64,000 nucleotides of DNA, taken from Trichoplax adhaerens (taxonomy: Eukaryota; Animalia; Placozoa). The first letter of the stretch is position 1, and every line of letters begins with the position of its first letter. Location: positions 766,482-830,481 of the forward strand of contig NW_002060952.1 in assembly GCF_000150275.1 (NCBI RefSeq), in the 5' to 3' direction. The notes under the pieces are model-generated. The model saw nothing but the letters and a program-made list of their open reading frames with translations, did not search any database and had not been told where the DNA came from. Positions 1 to 15,000 of this stretch are shown here, one piece after another. The position numbers were made by a program, and so were the translations under genes.

Positions 1-3000
1 ATGATGTAGGGTTTCAGGTAAGTATTAGCTTATTTGATAGTAAAGCTTCAATCAAATGTTTACAATTATAATGTCATTTATAGGGTACTATCATTGGTAT
101 TGTAGTTAGGAAATGAATAAATTAATGAGGACACATAGTGGATTTTTTAAATTTTGCTAATACCTTAGACGCGAATTGAAAGAGTTCATGATGACTAGAC
201 AGTAATTACTAATGGATGATGCTACGATAAAATCTGTTCCAATTAATTTAAACTGAAAATGAAGGAGATGTTGTCGGAAAATTATATAAATCTATCATTT
301 AGTACCGGCAATAATAGATTTAAGATTGTAATAATTGATAATACGCTAGTGATGGCCTATCTTATTTGTGACTAGTGAATTTGACAGACGACGATAATTC
401 TGATACGATAATATTTAAGTGATGATGTTATTGATAGTAGGCTACATTGATGCAGCTTACCAAACTGGTAGAATTGAGCTTAATGTATCGTAATTAATAT
501 AATCAATCTATTATAAGACCATGTAATGTACTATATATACGTATGTGTGTATATAACGTGTATTATTAATCATGCGGTTGAATCATTTTCTTTTCTAGAA
601 ATTTAAAATTTAATTTTAATACTATCGTACAAAATATTGATTAGGTCTACCTATTTATAACCTATGAGATCCAATTACCCGACATAATCATGGTGATTTA
701 ATTACATCAAAGTTCAAGGAATATTTGCAATTTACTCTTTAATTCGTTTTTTTTTATCCCCACTTCTGATTCGAAGGAGATGAGTTATTAGGCAGATTAT
801 TATTGTACTCTTATGCGCATCCTATAGCCTATAGTATCATACAGATCAATCAAAATAGTAAAAGGTGATCTTTTTCTAATGATCCGATCTTTGAACTTGT
901 GTAAAGCATATAGCCTTTAGTCATTGCAAGGTTTACTGTCAGCTTCTTTTAGTATTTTACTGGAAAAGATTATAGATAATAAAAAATCATAAATGCATTA
1001 GTCTACATAGCTAAACTGTTAGAATAAGACTGGAGTAGACGCAACAACAATGATGCTTTACAACAGTTTTCTGATATTGTAGCTACTTAGAATGAAAGGT
1101 ATGCTGTACTTTAGTACAAATAAATAATCGGAAAGTTATAAATAATGGCTATCTTATGCTAATTGAATGTAATTCAGTTTGATTTCGATTCAAAACTGGG
1201 CGTTGTTCATGGGAAGAAAACCTGGTTTTCATTTTATAATTTGCGAGATTAAAAACAGAGAAGCAGAAATTCTTTTTACGTGATGAGCAAGCAATTACAG
1301 TATGTTAAAAATAGCTTGAGAATTTGTTTGAAAATAGTGTACTAGAATTAGATTAGATGTTTAGATCTTAATTGTAGCGGATTGAATATATTTTTTAATA
1401 TATCTATTACATTGGATAGGTTGATATTCACCCGACATAGTCATCCATGTGAACTGCATCGGTGAAGATATACATTACTAGTAGAAAATAATTAACTAAA
1501 ATCAATTACGCCTTGTAAGGGTATTGATCAATGCTTTTATTTTTTTATTTATTATGTCTGTCATTAATTATGATGTCTATTGATATCGATCTACCTATTC
1601 TATCGTATTTCATTGATTTTGATCCAGTTAACATGAAAAGCAAGCCATTATACAATTAAAAATCAATTGACTATGACGTTATTCTCGCCCTTATGTATTC
1701 TATTTTGTTGACACTTTACCCTATTGAACTGATTATATTATAGGAATGATTTGGATATATTTCTTTTCTATTTACTATATATAGTCAAGATAATGCAATA
1801 CAGTTCTACATAATCATATTGAAGATGGGAGGGGATAGATTAAAGTATTGATACCAATTATATTCATCTTCAATCCATCTTGCTTAACAATCAATTTGTA
1901 AGACGTATAATATTCAAGGAATCGATCAATACCGTTAGTCTTCTGTATTGAATGAGTGAAATTAAATTGCTGACAATAAAAACATCGGACTATATAACTA
2001 TCGTATTGATAGTTATTAATTTTATTTATCAGAAATTTTTTAGATGTAGACATTAACGATAATTAAGGCAAGAAAATAGAAATCATTATTAGTAAAGTAA
2101 GTTATCATGTAACCGACAATATTACGAATTAATTAATCGATGATAATTTTTTTTCTCCTCATTTGCGATCATTTTTCTACATTGTTTGATTTTTTAAGAT
2201 AGAAATTTGCAGATGTTTAATTTTTTATTTTAATAATTTGGATATCGATTACTCTGTTAGGGCATTGAATATTGCAAACCGGTAAAATTGGAATTGCCCT
2301 TGGTTTATTTCATCCATCTATTTGAATATCGTGTACAATCCATATCATCTATGTTTTCTAGCACTTTTCCGCCTTCATAGAATTGGAAATCAAGCATTTT
2401 TAGCAAGTAATAATTAGTTTTACTTTACTACTATTTTCATAACGCAATATCGATTTATACACAAATTAAATAAATACTTTACCACAGCGACAGTAGAACA
2501 CTTGGATTGGAACTAAGGTAAAGTAATCATTATAATTATAATTGCTGTTGTTATTACCCGAAATTCAACTATTGCACAGGTAGACAGTTTATTAATTTGT
2601 TATTATATGTTATTTTTTGGATGGATTATGAAATTGCTATAACCAAGATGGTACAAAATCGATACTGGGTATAATTACCTTGCAAGAAATCTTTGAAATT
2701 ACGTTCTCTTCTGGCATCTATTATTCATGTGATTGGTTAGCATTATTGATGTGGTTTTATATTAGATTGAAAAAAGATTGATTCCAACTGTATAACTGGA
2801 AGAATACCTTCTTGGTGAGAGAAAGCAGGCTTTTCAACACAAAGTTGCTGTGGATAACCATTAACAAAAAGCTTTGAGTGTTCTAGACCTAAAATTTGAC
2901 ATCACTGAATAGAGAATTTTTTCCTTTTAATGACGTTTGTTCATTCTTTGCACTATTGATATTGTGGCAACTATTCAGCTATTGCTAAAATTAAACAGTC

Positions 3001-3171
3001 AAGGTATATTGATATAGGAAAGTAGAAGCCGTATAGCCGTATTACAAGATACTGGGTCATATTTTACATCCATCTACATCGAGTATAGAACTTCTTTGAT
3101 CGTCAATCTTTTGCTTTGTTATTCCAACAATCACAACCGAAGGATAACCTGGAATAAATTAAATTGCAGCG

Positions 3172-4407
3172 ATGGAAGATAATTTTTCATTAGTTTATAA
3201 TTATGGTAATCTGACAGACGATCCACTATCTAATACTCAAATTATTATCTGTTCAATTATATTAACACTAGCAACGTTACTATCGTTAATTGGCAACAGC
3301 TTGGTGATTACAGTTATTATTCGTAATCGTCCACTTCATACTAATGCTGGTATGCTTATGGCTAATTTGGCAGTGGCCGATTTTTTAGTTGGTTTAGTTA
3401 TCATGTTTCCTACCCTAATTGCATTTATATGCCAAAAAGATATTTACCCTCGGATTGCCTGTGTTGCTCAAGGATCAGCAATTACAGTTTTAGTTGGTGC
3501 TTCGACAGTGACTATATTAGCAATTACTGCTGATCGTTTTATCTCCATTTTTCTATCCTTGCGTTATAATTCAATAGTAACAACAGCTGTCATTATTGGT
3601 ACTATTGCTTTCTCATGGCTATTTGCTACCGTGGCATCTACTATTCCATTGCTTGGTTTACAGAAATATGGCCTCGGTCGTTATGAATTTCTTCATGGAA
3701 TGTCCTATTGTTGGTTAGATCCATTGCAAGTTCAACAGAATAACGTTATAATCTCTATAATTGGTTTCTACGTTGTCTTAGAAATATTTATTATTACTAC
3801 ATGTTATTTAGTCATCTTTATTTATGCTCGCCAAAGTGTACGTAAAGTAATTCATTTAAGTGTTGGTGATTTACCTAAAGGGCGGCCTAAAATAACCAAA
3901 ACAACGAAAACTGTCATGATTGTGGTAGGTGTATTTATGTTTTGTTGGATGCCGTCATTGGTCAATAAGTTCCTAATTATATTCAAAGTTAAAACATTAT
4001 CCTTATCAGTTCGATTAATCTTCACATGGCTAACATTTTTCAATTCGGCTGCAAATCCAATCATCTATAGTATATTTAATCGTAATTTTATTACTGGTGT
4101 ACGTAATTTGTTCAAGAAAAGTATGAGTGAAAGATCGATTATAGTGTCTATGTCGGAGCGGAGATCAAGATCATTTCGGCGCCGTTCTCTATCAATCACT
4201 AAATTTAGGAACTCGTTACTTCCAATGCATAGAAGTAATACTGTCCAAGATGTTCGCTTTCCATCTTGCAATCAAAGTTTACAAGTTCCTAAGATTGTTA
4301 TTGCCAAAAGTAAATCTACTGAAGCTCTTTTTAAGCGCCGACGTGATAAAATTGTTATTCATGCTACATTAAATGAAGTTCCCATCGAGATTGAAGATGT
4401 TGCTTAG
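3172..4407 (+). CDS. Intronless rhodopsin-class (class A) orphan GPCR, 411 aa
   Basis: Seven hydrophobic helices with GN (TM1), NLAVAD (TM2), C3.25, DRF, W4.50, CWMP (TM6), NSAANPIIY (TM7); long Ser/Arg-rich C-tail. No Asp at 3.32 and no Lys at 7.43. Confidence 0.95.
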   Translation: MEDNFSLVYNYGNLTDDPLSNTQIIICSIILTLATLLSLIGNSLVITVIIRNRPLHTNAGMLMANLAVADFLVGLVIMFPTLIAFICQKDIYPRIACVAQGSAITVLVGASTVTILAITADRFISIFLSLRYNSIVTTAVIIGTIAFSWLFATVASTIPLLGLQKYGLGRYEFLHGMSYCWLDPLQVQQNNVIISIIGFYVVLEIFIITTCYLVIFIYARQSVRKVIHLSVGDLPKGRPKITKTTKTVMIVVGVFMFCWMPSLVNKFLIIFKVKTLSLSVRLIFTWLTFFNSAANPIIYSIFNRNFITGVRNLFKKSMSERSIIVSMSERRSRSFRRRSLSITKFRNSLLPMHRSNTVQDVRFPSCNQSLQVPKIVIAKSKSTEALFKRRRDKIVIHATLNEVPIEIEDVA

Positions 4408-7400
4408 AAATACTATTTGGTCTGATCTGATACTTTCAAGTTCAACATGTAAATAAGATAATAGTAAATAGATTACTATCAATGATTTTAATTTTAAAGA
4501 AGGGCCTTAAAAAATATTAAGATGAAACTTTATGTAAGAATTTTCCCAGCTACTTCTTTGCTGTAATTTATCTTTAATTCTATCCTCGTATTTTATATGT
4601 CTCCATCTTTTGTGATTGATCTACTGTATTCGGACGGGAAATAAAAGATGAGCATGAAGATGCTTATTTCGCAATTTTTACGACCTAATCTTGATAAAAC
4701 AGTAGATGTAGTCAATAAGAAGCACTAAAAATCTAGACTATGAGGTCTCAAGTTGATATTGACTACCGTGTTGGCGATAGCAGACTTTATCTTTAGTTCT
4801 TATTCTAGATAAATTTGTTGTCATTTCAATATGTCTAACAAATTTTTGCAATTTCAACTTCAAAAATGCCTTTCCCAGAGATAGTAACTGATATCATAAT
4901 GTATTTAAAAATAATTCATGATAATTTGGTAAGAAACAGCACCGTATGCATGATCAATTATGATGGATTCTTTGCTGCTACATTATTCTACACTCTATGT
5001 GACCATTATACTCGTATACTCTATCAGTAGCAGGAATAGATGGTATATGAGTATTTTACTGATTTATATTCAAATAAACGACTCTAAAACTGATCAACAA
5101 TCCATGGTTAGAATTGAAATAACGCTTTACTCTAGCGTAATTTGAATAAACCAACTGTTTCTATGATAAAAGTGAATAATTTTACTTCAATGTTCTATAT
5201 ATACTATTGCAACCATTCAGCTAATCAGCTCCTAAGAAATTGGGATTTTGATCCAAACTAGAGCAATCTTGAAACCTTGTTGTTTATTTTCTACCAGATT
5301 GATTTTACCAATTTACACATACCATTGAAGAGGAATTTCAAGGCAATTTCTAAGCTTGATTGCATGATGTGTTATTTAGATAGGTGGAATAAATTACTCA
5401 ACGAGTCAAGTTCGATTTACTCTATATACGTATCACTTATATGCCATTAAGGGTGGAACTAATGGAAGTATCCTAGTTGAACCCCATCATTTCTATACAT
5501 AATTGACCATGCTCTAGTTGACCATGCTATGCTAGACTAAAAAACCTTTAATTTGCATTTAGAACGAATAGAATGCTTGGCATAGCTAAATAGTCGCCCA
5601 TCTCATTAGTACGTGTTGGTAGACAGGAAATGGGATTCTTAATTCCATGTATTTCGATATAATATTTACTGTGAGACATAGTGTTAAGAAAGTGTTAAGA
5701 GGAAATTTTAGAATTAGATACGTCATGAGCTATTATCGTAACGAATTGGAGATCCATTCGAGCAAGATTCTAATTACAAATTGATTCTGCTTGATAATGC
5801 CGATACCCTTCAGTCGAGCAATTATAGTTAGCAGCGTAATTCAATTTCATTTTTTAATGGACATGCTATATATTACTGCTATTGAATATTTCTGTTGTTG
5901 AACTATTTTTGAACGAGAAATCCTAGCTGTAACATTGCTCTATTTTAATCATGGAATGTAGAGAATCTTGATTGCACAGATTCTAATCTCGATGGAATAG
6001 CATCATTCTTAAATACTATAGTGAAGGTAAAATTTATTATTAATTATTTGGTTAATGACAAAAATATCGTATAATCGCTTATTCATGCATATCCTTAAAC
6101 AATTTTCAGTTTTTAATCAGACTTTGTTACCATTGAAGGCTAATTAATGGAAAAATGTTGTGATTCGTTATGATCTACTAAATATTTCGTGGAACTGTGT
6201 GTATTTGGCTTTTATTAAACTAAGATCGTCTTTCTAACCAAGTTTCAAAGTGGAAGTTATTCAATGTGATAAATCTCAGTGAACAATAATTCAATCGTGA
6301 TTAAGAGCCACTCTGTTAGTGATAGGCTTTGTCCATTTGTCTAATAGGATCCAAAAAAATATTGCTGTCTGTTTGACGACACAGTGGATGCATTGAAAGC
6401 TAAATGAATAGTGGAATGATTTACGTCAAAGCCAAATGAAATTATAGTTACAGATTCAAATTCGTTATAGAAAAGATAGCTTTTTATTATCCTAGGACTA
6501 TCGTTTTTCTTGTCTTCGTGAACAAAATGGATAATAGCTACGGTTGTTTGTCATGGCCAGTGCATTATTTGGCGTAGTTTTCTTGATTCTTATTTAAAGG
6601 GCTACACTAATATCCAGGATGAAAAAATAATGTTTTTAAATATAAAAAATCAATAAGAAAGTTTGTTCTTTGATCATGTATCATAGACTATTTTAATTTA
6701 GCTAATACTGTCCCATCAAGGCATTTTGTGGATAAGGCTGTAATAAAAATTGATTGCTAAACAAATAGAATGGACGACATCATTTTCAATCCATGCTATT
6801 ATCATAGACATCACATCCTTTCTCTTTAGTAAGAAATTTTTTATTTTATTTACTTATATTATTCTTTTACCTAGGGTCTAATTGATTTATAAATCAATTA
6901 CTTCAGCTAAATGAGAAATTCATAGGAGAAAGTTAAAATGATCACGCTTGGACTAGAACCCTTGACTTTTATTATTCTAATAACACAGATTGTATAATTT
7001 ATCTTCATAAGGGTATTGAAATAGTTCAATTGTATAATTATTTATAATTCAATATTGTATTTATTCACAATTAATTGTATTCAATCAATTTTTGAGGAGG
7101 CTACAGCCTGAAAAAGTAAATTTCAATGTGGAATAGTCAAGAATACCATAGTATGATTAAAGTAATGTATAGGGACGCTTTTCAATTTTCAAAAGTCTAT
7201 ATTCCTGTTCTCCTTTTGATGGGCTATTCGCAGACGTAAGATAGACAACACATTATTATTTTTTAATCCGTGGATTTTTCTTTCTGTCAAGATCAATTTA
7301 TTCCCTCGATATATTATCCCTTTCTCAGCATGATTTCTCACACGCCTATAAAGACAAACTATTTGCTTTTCTTGAGCTAGCAAGTACTGAATTGATGAAC

Positions 7401-7463
7401 TATAGTACTAAAATGTTGCATGTAGGATAAATAGTAAGATGGTGGAACCAGTCCATAGGAGAC

Positions 7464-8095
7464 TAGTGGTGTCAAAGATACCATATTTAGACATTAGAAT
7501 AGTCGAATGCTATTAGCGAGAAATTTTAGAGAGGATAGCCTTAACCTTAACCTTTTAAGTCCTTTACCATGGCAATTATACGTGACCAGAGCTAAATTTT
7601 GGCATAGTAAACTTGATCGTCAGCATGTTAATTAATGCAATATTAGGGATAGGGATTGATCGCGGATTTTCACGATGTTTAAAGTAAGATCTGAATAAAG
7701 TGAGCTACCGTTTGACGCAGGAATAAAACAAGTTACACACTGGTTTACAGCTATACAACGATATTAATGGAGAATGTAAGGTGCCTCGGTTTAGCAAGAA
7801 GTTCAGTCTGAGATCTAACTGTATCTAAATTTCATTGTCAATGTGCCTACCGTAGCATGCAATAACAAATTAAGTCATACATCGCTTTCACCTTTTAGAT
7901 CTTAGTGGCATCAAAGATACTACATTTAGGGGCTAAAATAGTCGAATTCTATTAGTGATAAATTTTAAAGAAGACAGATGTAACCTTAATGGAGAATATA
8001 AAATACTCGTTTTAGGAAGAAGTTCAGTCTGAAATCTAGATGTATCTCGATTTCCTTGTCAAAGTGGCTACTGGATTGTGCGACAGTAAAATTAT
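7464..8095. repeat. Diverged direct duplication; second copy internally deleted
   Basis: TAGTGG..TCAAAGATAC...AATAGTCGAAT and TTAATGGAGAAT...AAGAAGTTCAGTCTGA blocks occur at 7464/7763 and again, adjacent to each other, at 7903/7986. Confidence 0.75.
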
Positions 8096-8471
8096 GTCAA
8101 ACTGTTTTTATCTACTAATATTGAAAACTAGGTGATTGCGTGACTGTAGTAGGGATAGAAATGATCCTTGTTACAAATTGCATTAGCTGATAGTATGCAA
8201 ATTACTACTTCATAATCGCAACACAAACATTCTACAGTATTCATTCTATCAAGTGTTTTCTATTATCATCGATCGTCATTGGCATGATCAAGGTTGCACT
8301 CTATCCAATTACTTTGACTTTCTTGATTTTCAACGCAATACTAGGTGGAAGTGGATTTCTCTATCCATAAAAGAGTGAAATTTTTTATAGGTCAATTTCA
8401 CTCTTGATTTAAAATAATTCATTCTGTCATATTAACGTACAGTCTGCTAAAAATGATATCAAAATTTTTAG

Positions 8472-9002
8472 ATGATTGCCATTTCCAATAAGTAGCGAAA
8501 AGAAAACTCTTGCTATTGTCAAGTATTGTACGAATTAAATGTAGCGTGGAAATAAATTTTATTCTTTCTTTTTACTAGTGAGATACCTATAGTAATTAAA
8601 ATGGTTGTATAATATTTGCTATCGAGATGAAGATTAATGCTACAGCAATGATTAATAGGATGCACTATTGTCTCTACACTAGTAAATCCTACCAATAATA
8701 CATGGAAAGCTACCATAGTTGACATCGTTAGCTAAGAAATGATTGCCATATCGAATGAGTAGGGAAAAGAAACTCTGATTATTATGAGGTATTGCATGAA
8801 TTTAATATACCGTAGAAGTAAAACTTTTATTGTTCCTTTTTATTAGTAAAATGCCTATAGCGATTAAAATGATTATATAATATTTACAATCAAGATGGAG
8901 GTTATTAATACTACTAGAGTAGCTAATAGAATGTAATATTGTCTCAATGCCAGTAAACCTTACCAATACTACATGGAAAGCTAGTTAGCATCGTTAGCTA
9001 AG
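8472..9002. repeat. Diverged ~266-bp tandem duplication
   Basis: ATGATTGCCAT...ACATGGAAAGCTA...CATCGTTAGCTAAG occurs at about 8473-8735 and 8739-9002. Confidence 0.85.
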
Positions 9003-12000
9003 TTCTGTTCAATACGATTTACTTGTCCTATTGCTTAATTTTAGTATTCATACAAGTTTTCATGACTGTTTGAATCTGCCAGTAGTCTATGACAATTGTA
9101 TTCGACAATGAATTAATTGCTTTGGAAGTTTTAATCATAAAAAAAATTAATTATGACATGGTTAACCAGAATAATCCTAGAAATTGATAAGCTATTAAAT
9201 CTATTGACAAATAGCTATCATTGTTATACTTTATATTCAATGGCTTCTAATAATGACTTTGAATTATTGACAGCTCAGTATTTCGTCTTCAATGACTTGA
9301 TATAAATGATTATTGGAATCCAATCAGTTCAATCTGTTATTGCTTCCTATTTGGCTGGCGACATGGTAACGTCTAATGATATAGATAATTTGTTTTTTCT
9401 GTAAATAATTTGCGCCTGATTACATATGGAAAGATGGATAATTGACATTAGAAGAGCTTATGTAATTTAGTTGTAGTCACTTACGATATACTGTATAATT
9501 CTACAATCATTCGACATTGAACGTAGGAAAGTAAACTAGATAAATTGAAGGCGGGCTGTAAAATGGCTTAGCCTGTTGTTTATTATGCACTAGAATATCG
9601 TCAACACGGTTTAATTATCCTTGTAAAATCTAGCAGTGTCGCTTTCATTTCTGAAGGTCATTGCCGTTAAATTAAATAGCGAATAGGATTATAGACCACT
9701 CGAAGCATGCCTTATAAATGTATTGATAATAAATGGAAGGTACAGCCTGTATTCTCGCCTTGATAATTAATTTGATAGCAAGATCACACCAGCTGTTACG
9801 CTTATTCTGTATTAATCATGCATAGAAATTTTGAGCTATTATAAAATTACTTTAGCGATACCAAAAAAATCCATGATTATCAATCTATTTGTCTGCTATT
9901 CCAATCATGGAAGTCCTATTAATAGAAAATTTTAGCTCAGTCAATAAACTAGATTCTAATATCAAATCAGAAAAAAATATCAGGAGAGCAAATGATAGCA
10001 AATAAGATTTAGTTTAATAAAAGTATTAAAATGGATAGGTGAGATTCATAAATAAAGAAAAGGTAGCTAGAATTTTTAATTGAAAACCTTTGTTAATATT
10101 TGTATTTTAGTATTTCCCTGTAGTAAGACTGTTTTGTTTAGTCTGCTTATAATGTGACAGTAGATCGGTGTAAAAGATGGAAGAAGTAGCTATACTATAA
10201 AGGGAATTACAGTTGAAATAATGTAATAAAATTTTGTACAGCACCACCTGATGTAGATTAAGTAAGATCAATCGTTTGAACTATTACTGATTGGATTATG
10301 TTTAAAGTATGATCGAACATACTGTAAATCTAAGGTCAATTGTTAATATTGCTCTAACGATGTAGTTCTACTATATAGACATGCTTTATCTTCGGTAAAA
10401 TTACTTTTTGTCGCTTATGTGTCGGCTTTGCAACTTAAAAATTTCACTAGATGATGTTCTAGTTTCTTATCGATAACGGATAGCTTAAAATGATAAGATT
10501 CAGGAATACTATAGAAGTATTTAAAATTTTTGCAAACCTTCTTAATCCTTTCACTACCTATAAATCGTCACATGTATGCGGATAATTTTGTTGCAGTGCC
10601 CATCTTGGCTTTAATTAATTACAGGAATAATTTTAAACTTGGTTGGCTGAATTGGACTTATAGACGATGTTCTAGCTCTTATCGAAAACAGATAGATTAA
10701 AATGATGAGATTCAGGATTATTACAGCAGTTGTCAAAATTGTTGTAAGTATTCTTAGTTATTCCACTACCTATAGCTTGTCCTATGTTTGCGAATAATTC
10801 TGCCGGAATATCTGTCTTTGCAAAATAGCACTTAAGTGAAAACAAGAAGATAATGAAGTCAATACAGTATCGTTTGTAGATCATTTATTTCGATACAGTT
10901 ACTTAGCCTACGCCATTTGTATTATCCTATTTTCTTCATTTACAGAATTTATGATCATGTCGAGAATTCTAAATCTGAGCAGGTGAAATTTCCACTTTCA
11001 AATTCCTTTTACTTTATTCAATCGCTCTGTATGCCAATTATTTTACGCTATTTTTCCTTTGATGTATTGCAAGCCTGATTTTTCTTGATACCTTTATTAA
11101 ATTGTAGTCACTTAGTGCATTTTAATTTTACGACATGCAAATCCATGTTCTAGCCGCTCCTGAATGAAGATATACTTCATTCAATGAGGTATAAAGTGCT
11201 TTTTTTATATCAATTCAACCCGTTATAGTTAGTAATAAAAAGTAATAAAGTATTACTATAATCGATATCAACATTTCATTTATCTCAGTCTAGATGATGC
11301 AAAGTAGAAAATGCTAGCCTTAACCACCCGCATGCAATTGAAGATAGCTCTGCTATCAACTAATTATTACCACTAATTGGTAGGACTAAACAATCGGTAA
11401 TGATAATTGTAACTGATGAATTACCAAGAGAACGATAATAATTAAAGATTGATTTTATTTCTTTTAAAACAAATTTTTTACATTTCATTAATTAATAATC
11501 ACTAGGCCAGTGTTACCTCTTGTGCTGTATTTTTAGCAGTTTATTGATCTGAAATAAAAGACCAGCTGTACATAACCTAGGCTTTAATAATATGAACTAG
11601 CTAGCAATATCCGAATGAATTTTTGAATGGAGCTATTACTTTGTATTAAGTAGTATGAAAGCACTGTAGTGCACGAGTGAGTACCGATTTATTGCCTAAG
11701 CTTATACGCTCGTATATCAGCTAATTCGTTGTAGTCATCCGGAGTTCTTGACTAGATCTTGTTGTAGGTACTCCATATTACAGTTTAAGATTTCATTATA
11801 AATAAAGTTTAGTTTAATTTGGTTTTATCAATCCAGTTAGTTAGATTATTATGGATCTCAGCAAATTGATTTTATGACAATCGGTAATTATGAACACTTT
11901 GATGCAATGAGAATATGACGTGGTAACAGTTTAAAACTTGCACCATGTTGGTTAATCAATTTATTCATAAATAGAGATGAGAGATCTTATCTTTTCGCAT

Positions 12001-15000
12001 TCCATCACACCTATTCAAATTATATGTCGCCACCGATACTAGTCAAGACTAGACATAGTTGTGAAGAAATAAAGCCGATCTTGCTGCCACATTGATTAAT
12101 TAGTATAAATGGCTTGTGAAATTACTTTTATGGCTACTGGTGATATCATTATGCTATATTCAATAGATTATACGGCGTATAGTTTGTGCTTACACAGGAA
12201 TTTGACATGTGATCGCATTGGCAAAATTATTCTATATCCTGCTTCTGCATTAGCTTAATTGTTAGCAATGCTATTGAATAGTATGTTTGAGATATTTTAT
12301 ATTCTCCTACAATCACATTGCCATGGCAGGATTGTAAATAATCTTTGATAAATAAAAGATTTGTCTGCTTTGATACCTTTATAATATTTGTATCTATAAA
12401 TTTTCTATAAGTACAGACATGAGATATATCATAGCTAATGTAAAAATTGATATAAACAATGATTTTTTTATGATACTGCATAATGGGCTAATATTTTATT
12501 CTACATATAGTCTATAATTTAATTAATTTACAAATAACTATATGCATATATGTGTACCGTGTGAATCTTGAAGCAATCAATGACGGACTAGAATAATGAA
12601 TTGGAGTGATATGCACTACAGGCTCATGTAATAAAGTTCTCTACAGTTTATCGTTAAAGTAATGAATTTTCAGTGAGTTTTTAATTTCCTTTTATACGTT
12701 CAATAATTGCAATACTTACGTTTTTTTCTTTGACTTTACCGTTGACAGGGGGAATAAGATAGACAACTGTAACTGATGATATATTGAAATATAGCACTAT
12801 CTTCAATAAATGGTTCATATTGTCAGGGTGTTAGGTCGCTGTGAAATATAAATTTATTGTATTGATTGCTATAGTTTGTTATTAGGATTACAGACCAGTT
12901 CAGCTATTCATTGTAAGTAGAAATAAATATGATTCTGTTAATCTTAGAAATAACTATAACCTTTACGTTATACCGCTATGGTAAAATGTACTGCAGATAT
13001 TTCTGTGGTCTACTTGTATCTTAATCAGTAGTGAACTAATTATTGAAATCAGTTCTCCGTGATAAATATATATTTTGCTCAAGTTTACTGCAGAGACCAC
13101 ATAGACTATCTCCTTAGGCATAAACGGTAAATTTATCGAACTCACTTTATTGCCCGTACACTAAACTTAAATACCATTCCATGTATTCTTATACAACATT
13201 ACTCGTGCAAGCTATGAAATAACAGTGACATCATCCGAGGTTGATAGCATGTTACTATATCTAAATTAAAGAGTCTACTTTTACTACATAGAACTAATTA
13301 ATAAATAGATTATATCATAAGCATACACTCCAATTACCACCAAAATACGTAGGTATTGATCTCTAAAATGATGCACGATTACATAGACTAAACATGGCAA
13401 AACGCAAAGGTTTCAGTTATTTCTAACGTAAGCAGGATAATTTATATTTTCTACTTATAAACACTGTAGAGTAATACAAGCTGGTATATAACCCTATTGA
13501 CAAGTTATCTATTGTATAAAATCAGTACAATATATTTACAGTACTGTTATATTCTACGATGATCTAATGTAAGCTAATGCATAATTGTAGAATAGATCAC
13601 TGCTTAATTTATCGGTATTAGGTCGTATGCTTATGATTCTACTATATTATATAAGTTTTAATAAGTATTTATGTAGTGCCAGTAGACTCTAATTTAGATA
13701 TAGTAATATGCTATTAGTTACGGATGATGTGACTGTTGTTCCATGGTTTGTGCAATTAATGTTGCGTAAGAATTTATTAATAATATTTAACCTTAATACA
13801 TAAATGCAATAAAGGGAGTTCAGTAATTTATCGTACAAGTGTAAGGGTTAGACGGTCTATATTATGTCTGCCGCGAGATGTAAGTAAAATAGTTTATTGT
13901 TATCATGTAGTATTAATCTTGATATTAAGTTCAAGCGAGATCCGAAATAGCTTTACGTGTATTTTGTGAAAATATATATATCTAATAAATATTGCGTAAG
14001 TTTTATTGAGATGCAGCATTGATCAGACTCCAGCGTGAGATGTTAATTTAAAGCGATGAAAGTAAATTTGATAATGATACATTGGCATGCTGTTAAACCA
14101 TAGTAGGACATATGCTACTGTTTGAACTCGTGTTGAACCAATATGAGTACAATATTATTAATTGATGTATAGCATAGTATTGGGTTTTCAGAATCATTGT
14201 ATATAATAACCTTTCATTACAGTCTTTATGATATAGATCGTATATTGACCTGACCGAAGAATAATTTTCACCTTAAAAATGAAGTTGGCTTTGGGTTGTC
14301 AATGGAATAATGTTAGCGATTACGCTATATATTCTAAAAAATTATAATATGAAAACATATCAGTTCAAGCTTACAGCTCTACATGTTGATATGTTAACTA
14401 CAATATCTCTATCATCACGAAGGCGCTCTTGTATTCCTATTGGTTTTGCGGTTGGCAGCAGAGCAGCCTCTAGTGTGACTATATAATAATTTTTGTCCAA
14501 TGATGATATCATAAACGACTTAGCTGTTAAGGATTAATTAAAATAACATCGGATTATCGCAAATAAAATTCTGATGATGATAATAACAATATGGGAAATG
14601 TATTGTATATAGGCGAACCTAAATTGGCCTAAAGCTAGAAATAACCGCTATCGTAATGAAGATGATATTATAAATAAATACATTGAACATCAGAAGTAAA
14701 AAATATAGCTTAGCATTAGTGATAAAAATTTTGTATTAAGTATTTGATATTAAGATTAGCCTATAAAGATTCAATGCTATGAAGCTATGCTAACAAGATA
14801 TAGCACAGTCGTGTGTGAAAAACAATTATAGAAAGTTCAGTCTGCATGTACCGTTGATATATAGTTTATAAGACAGCTGATTGAAATTAATAAAAAGATT
14901 ATTGTAATTTTAGATAAGCTAGCTTGGTATTTTTATAGGAAGATAAAGCATTCATAATCGTAGATATAGACTACTGGTGGGTTTAGATGGCCTCAATCTG

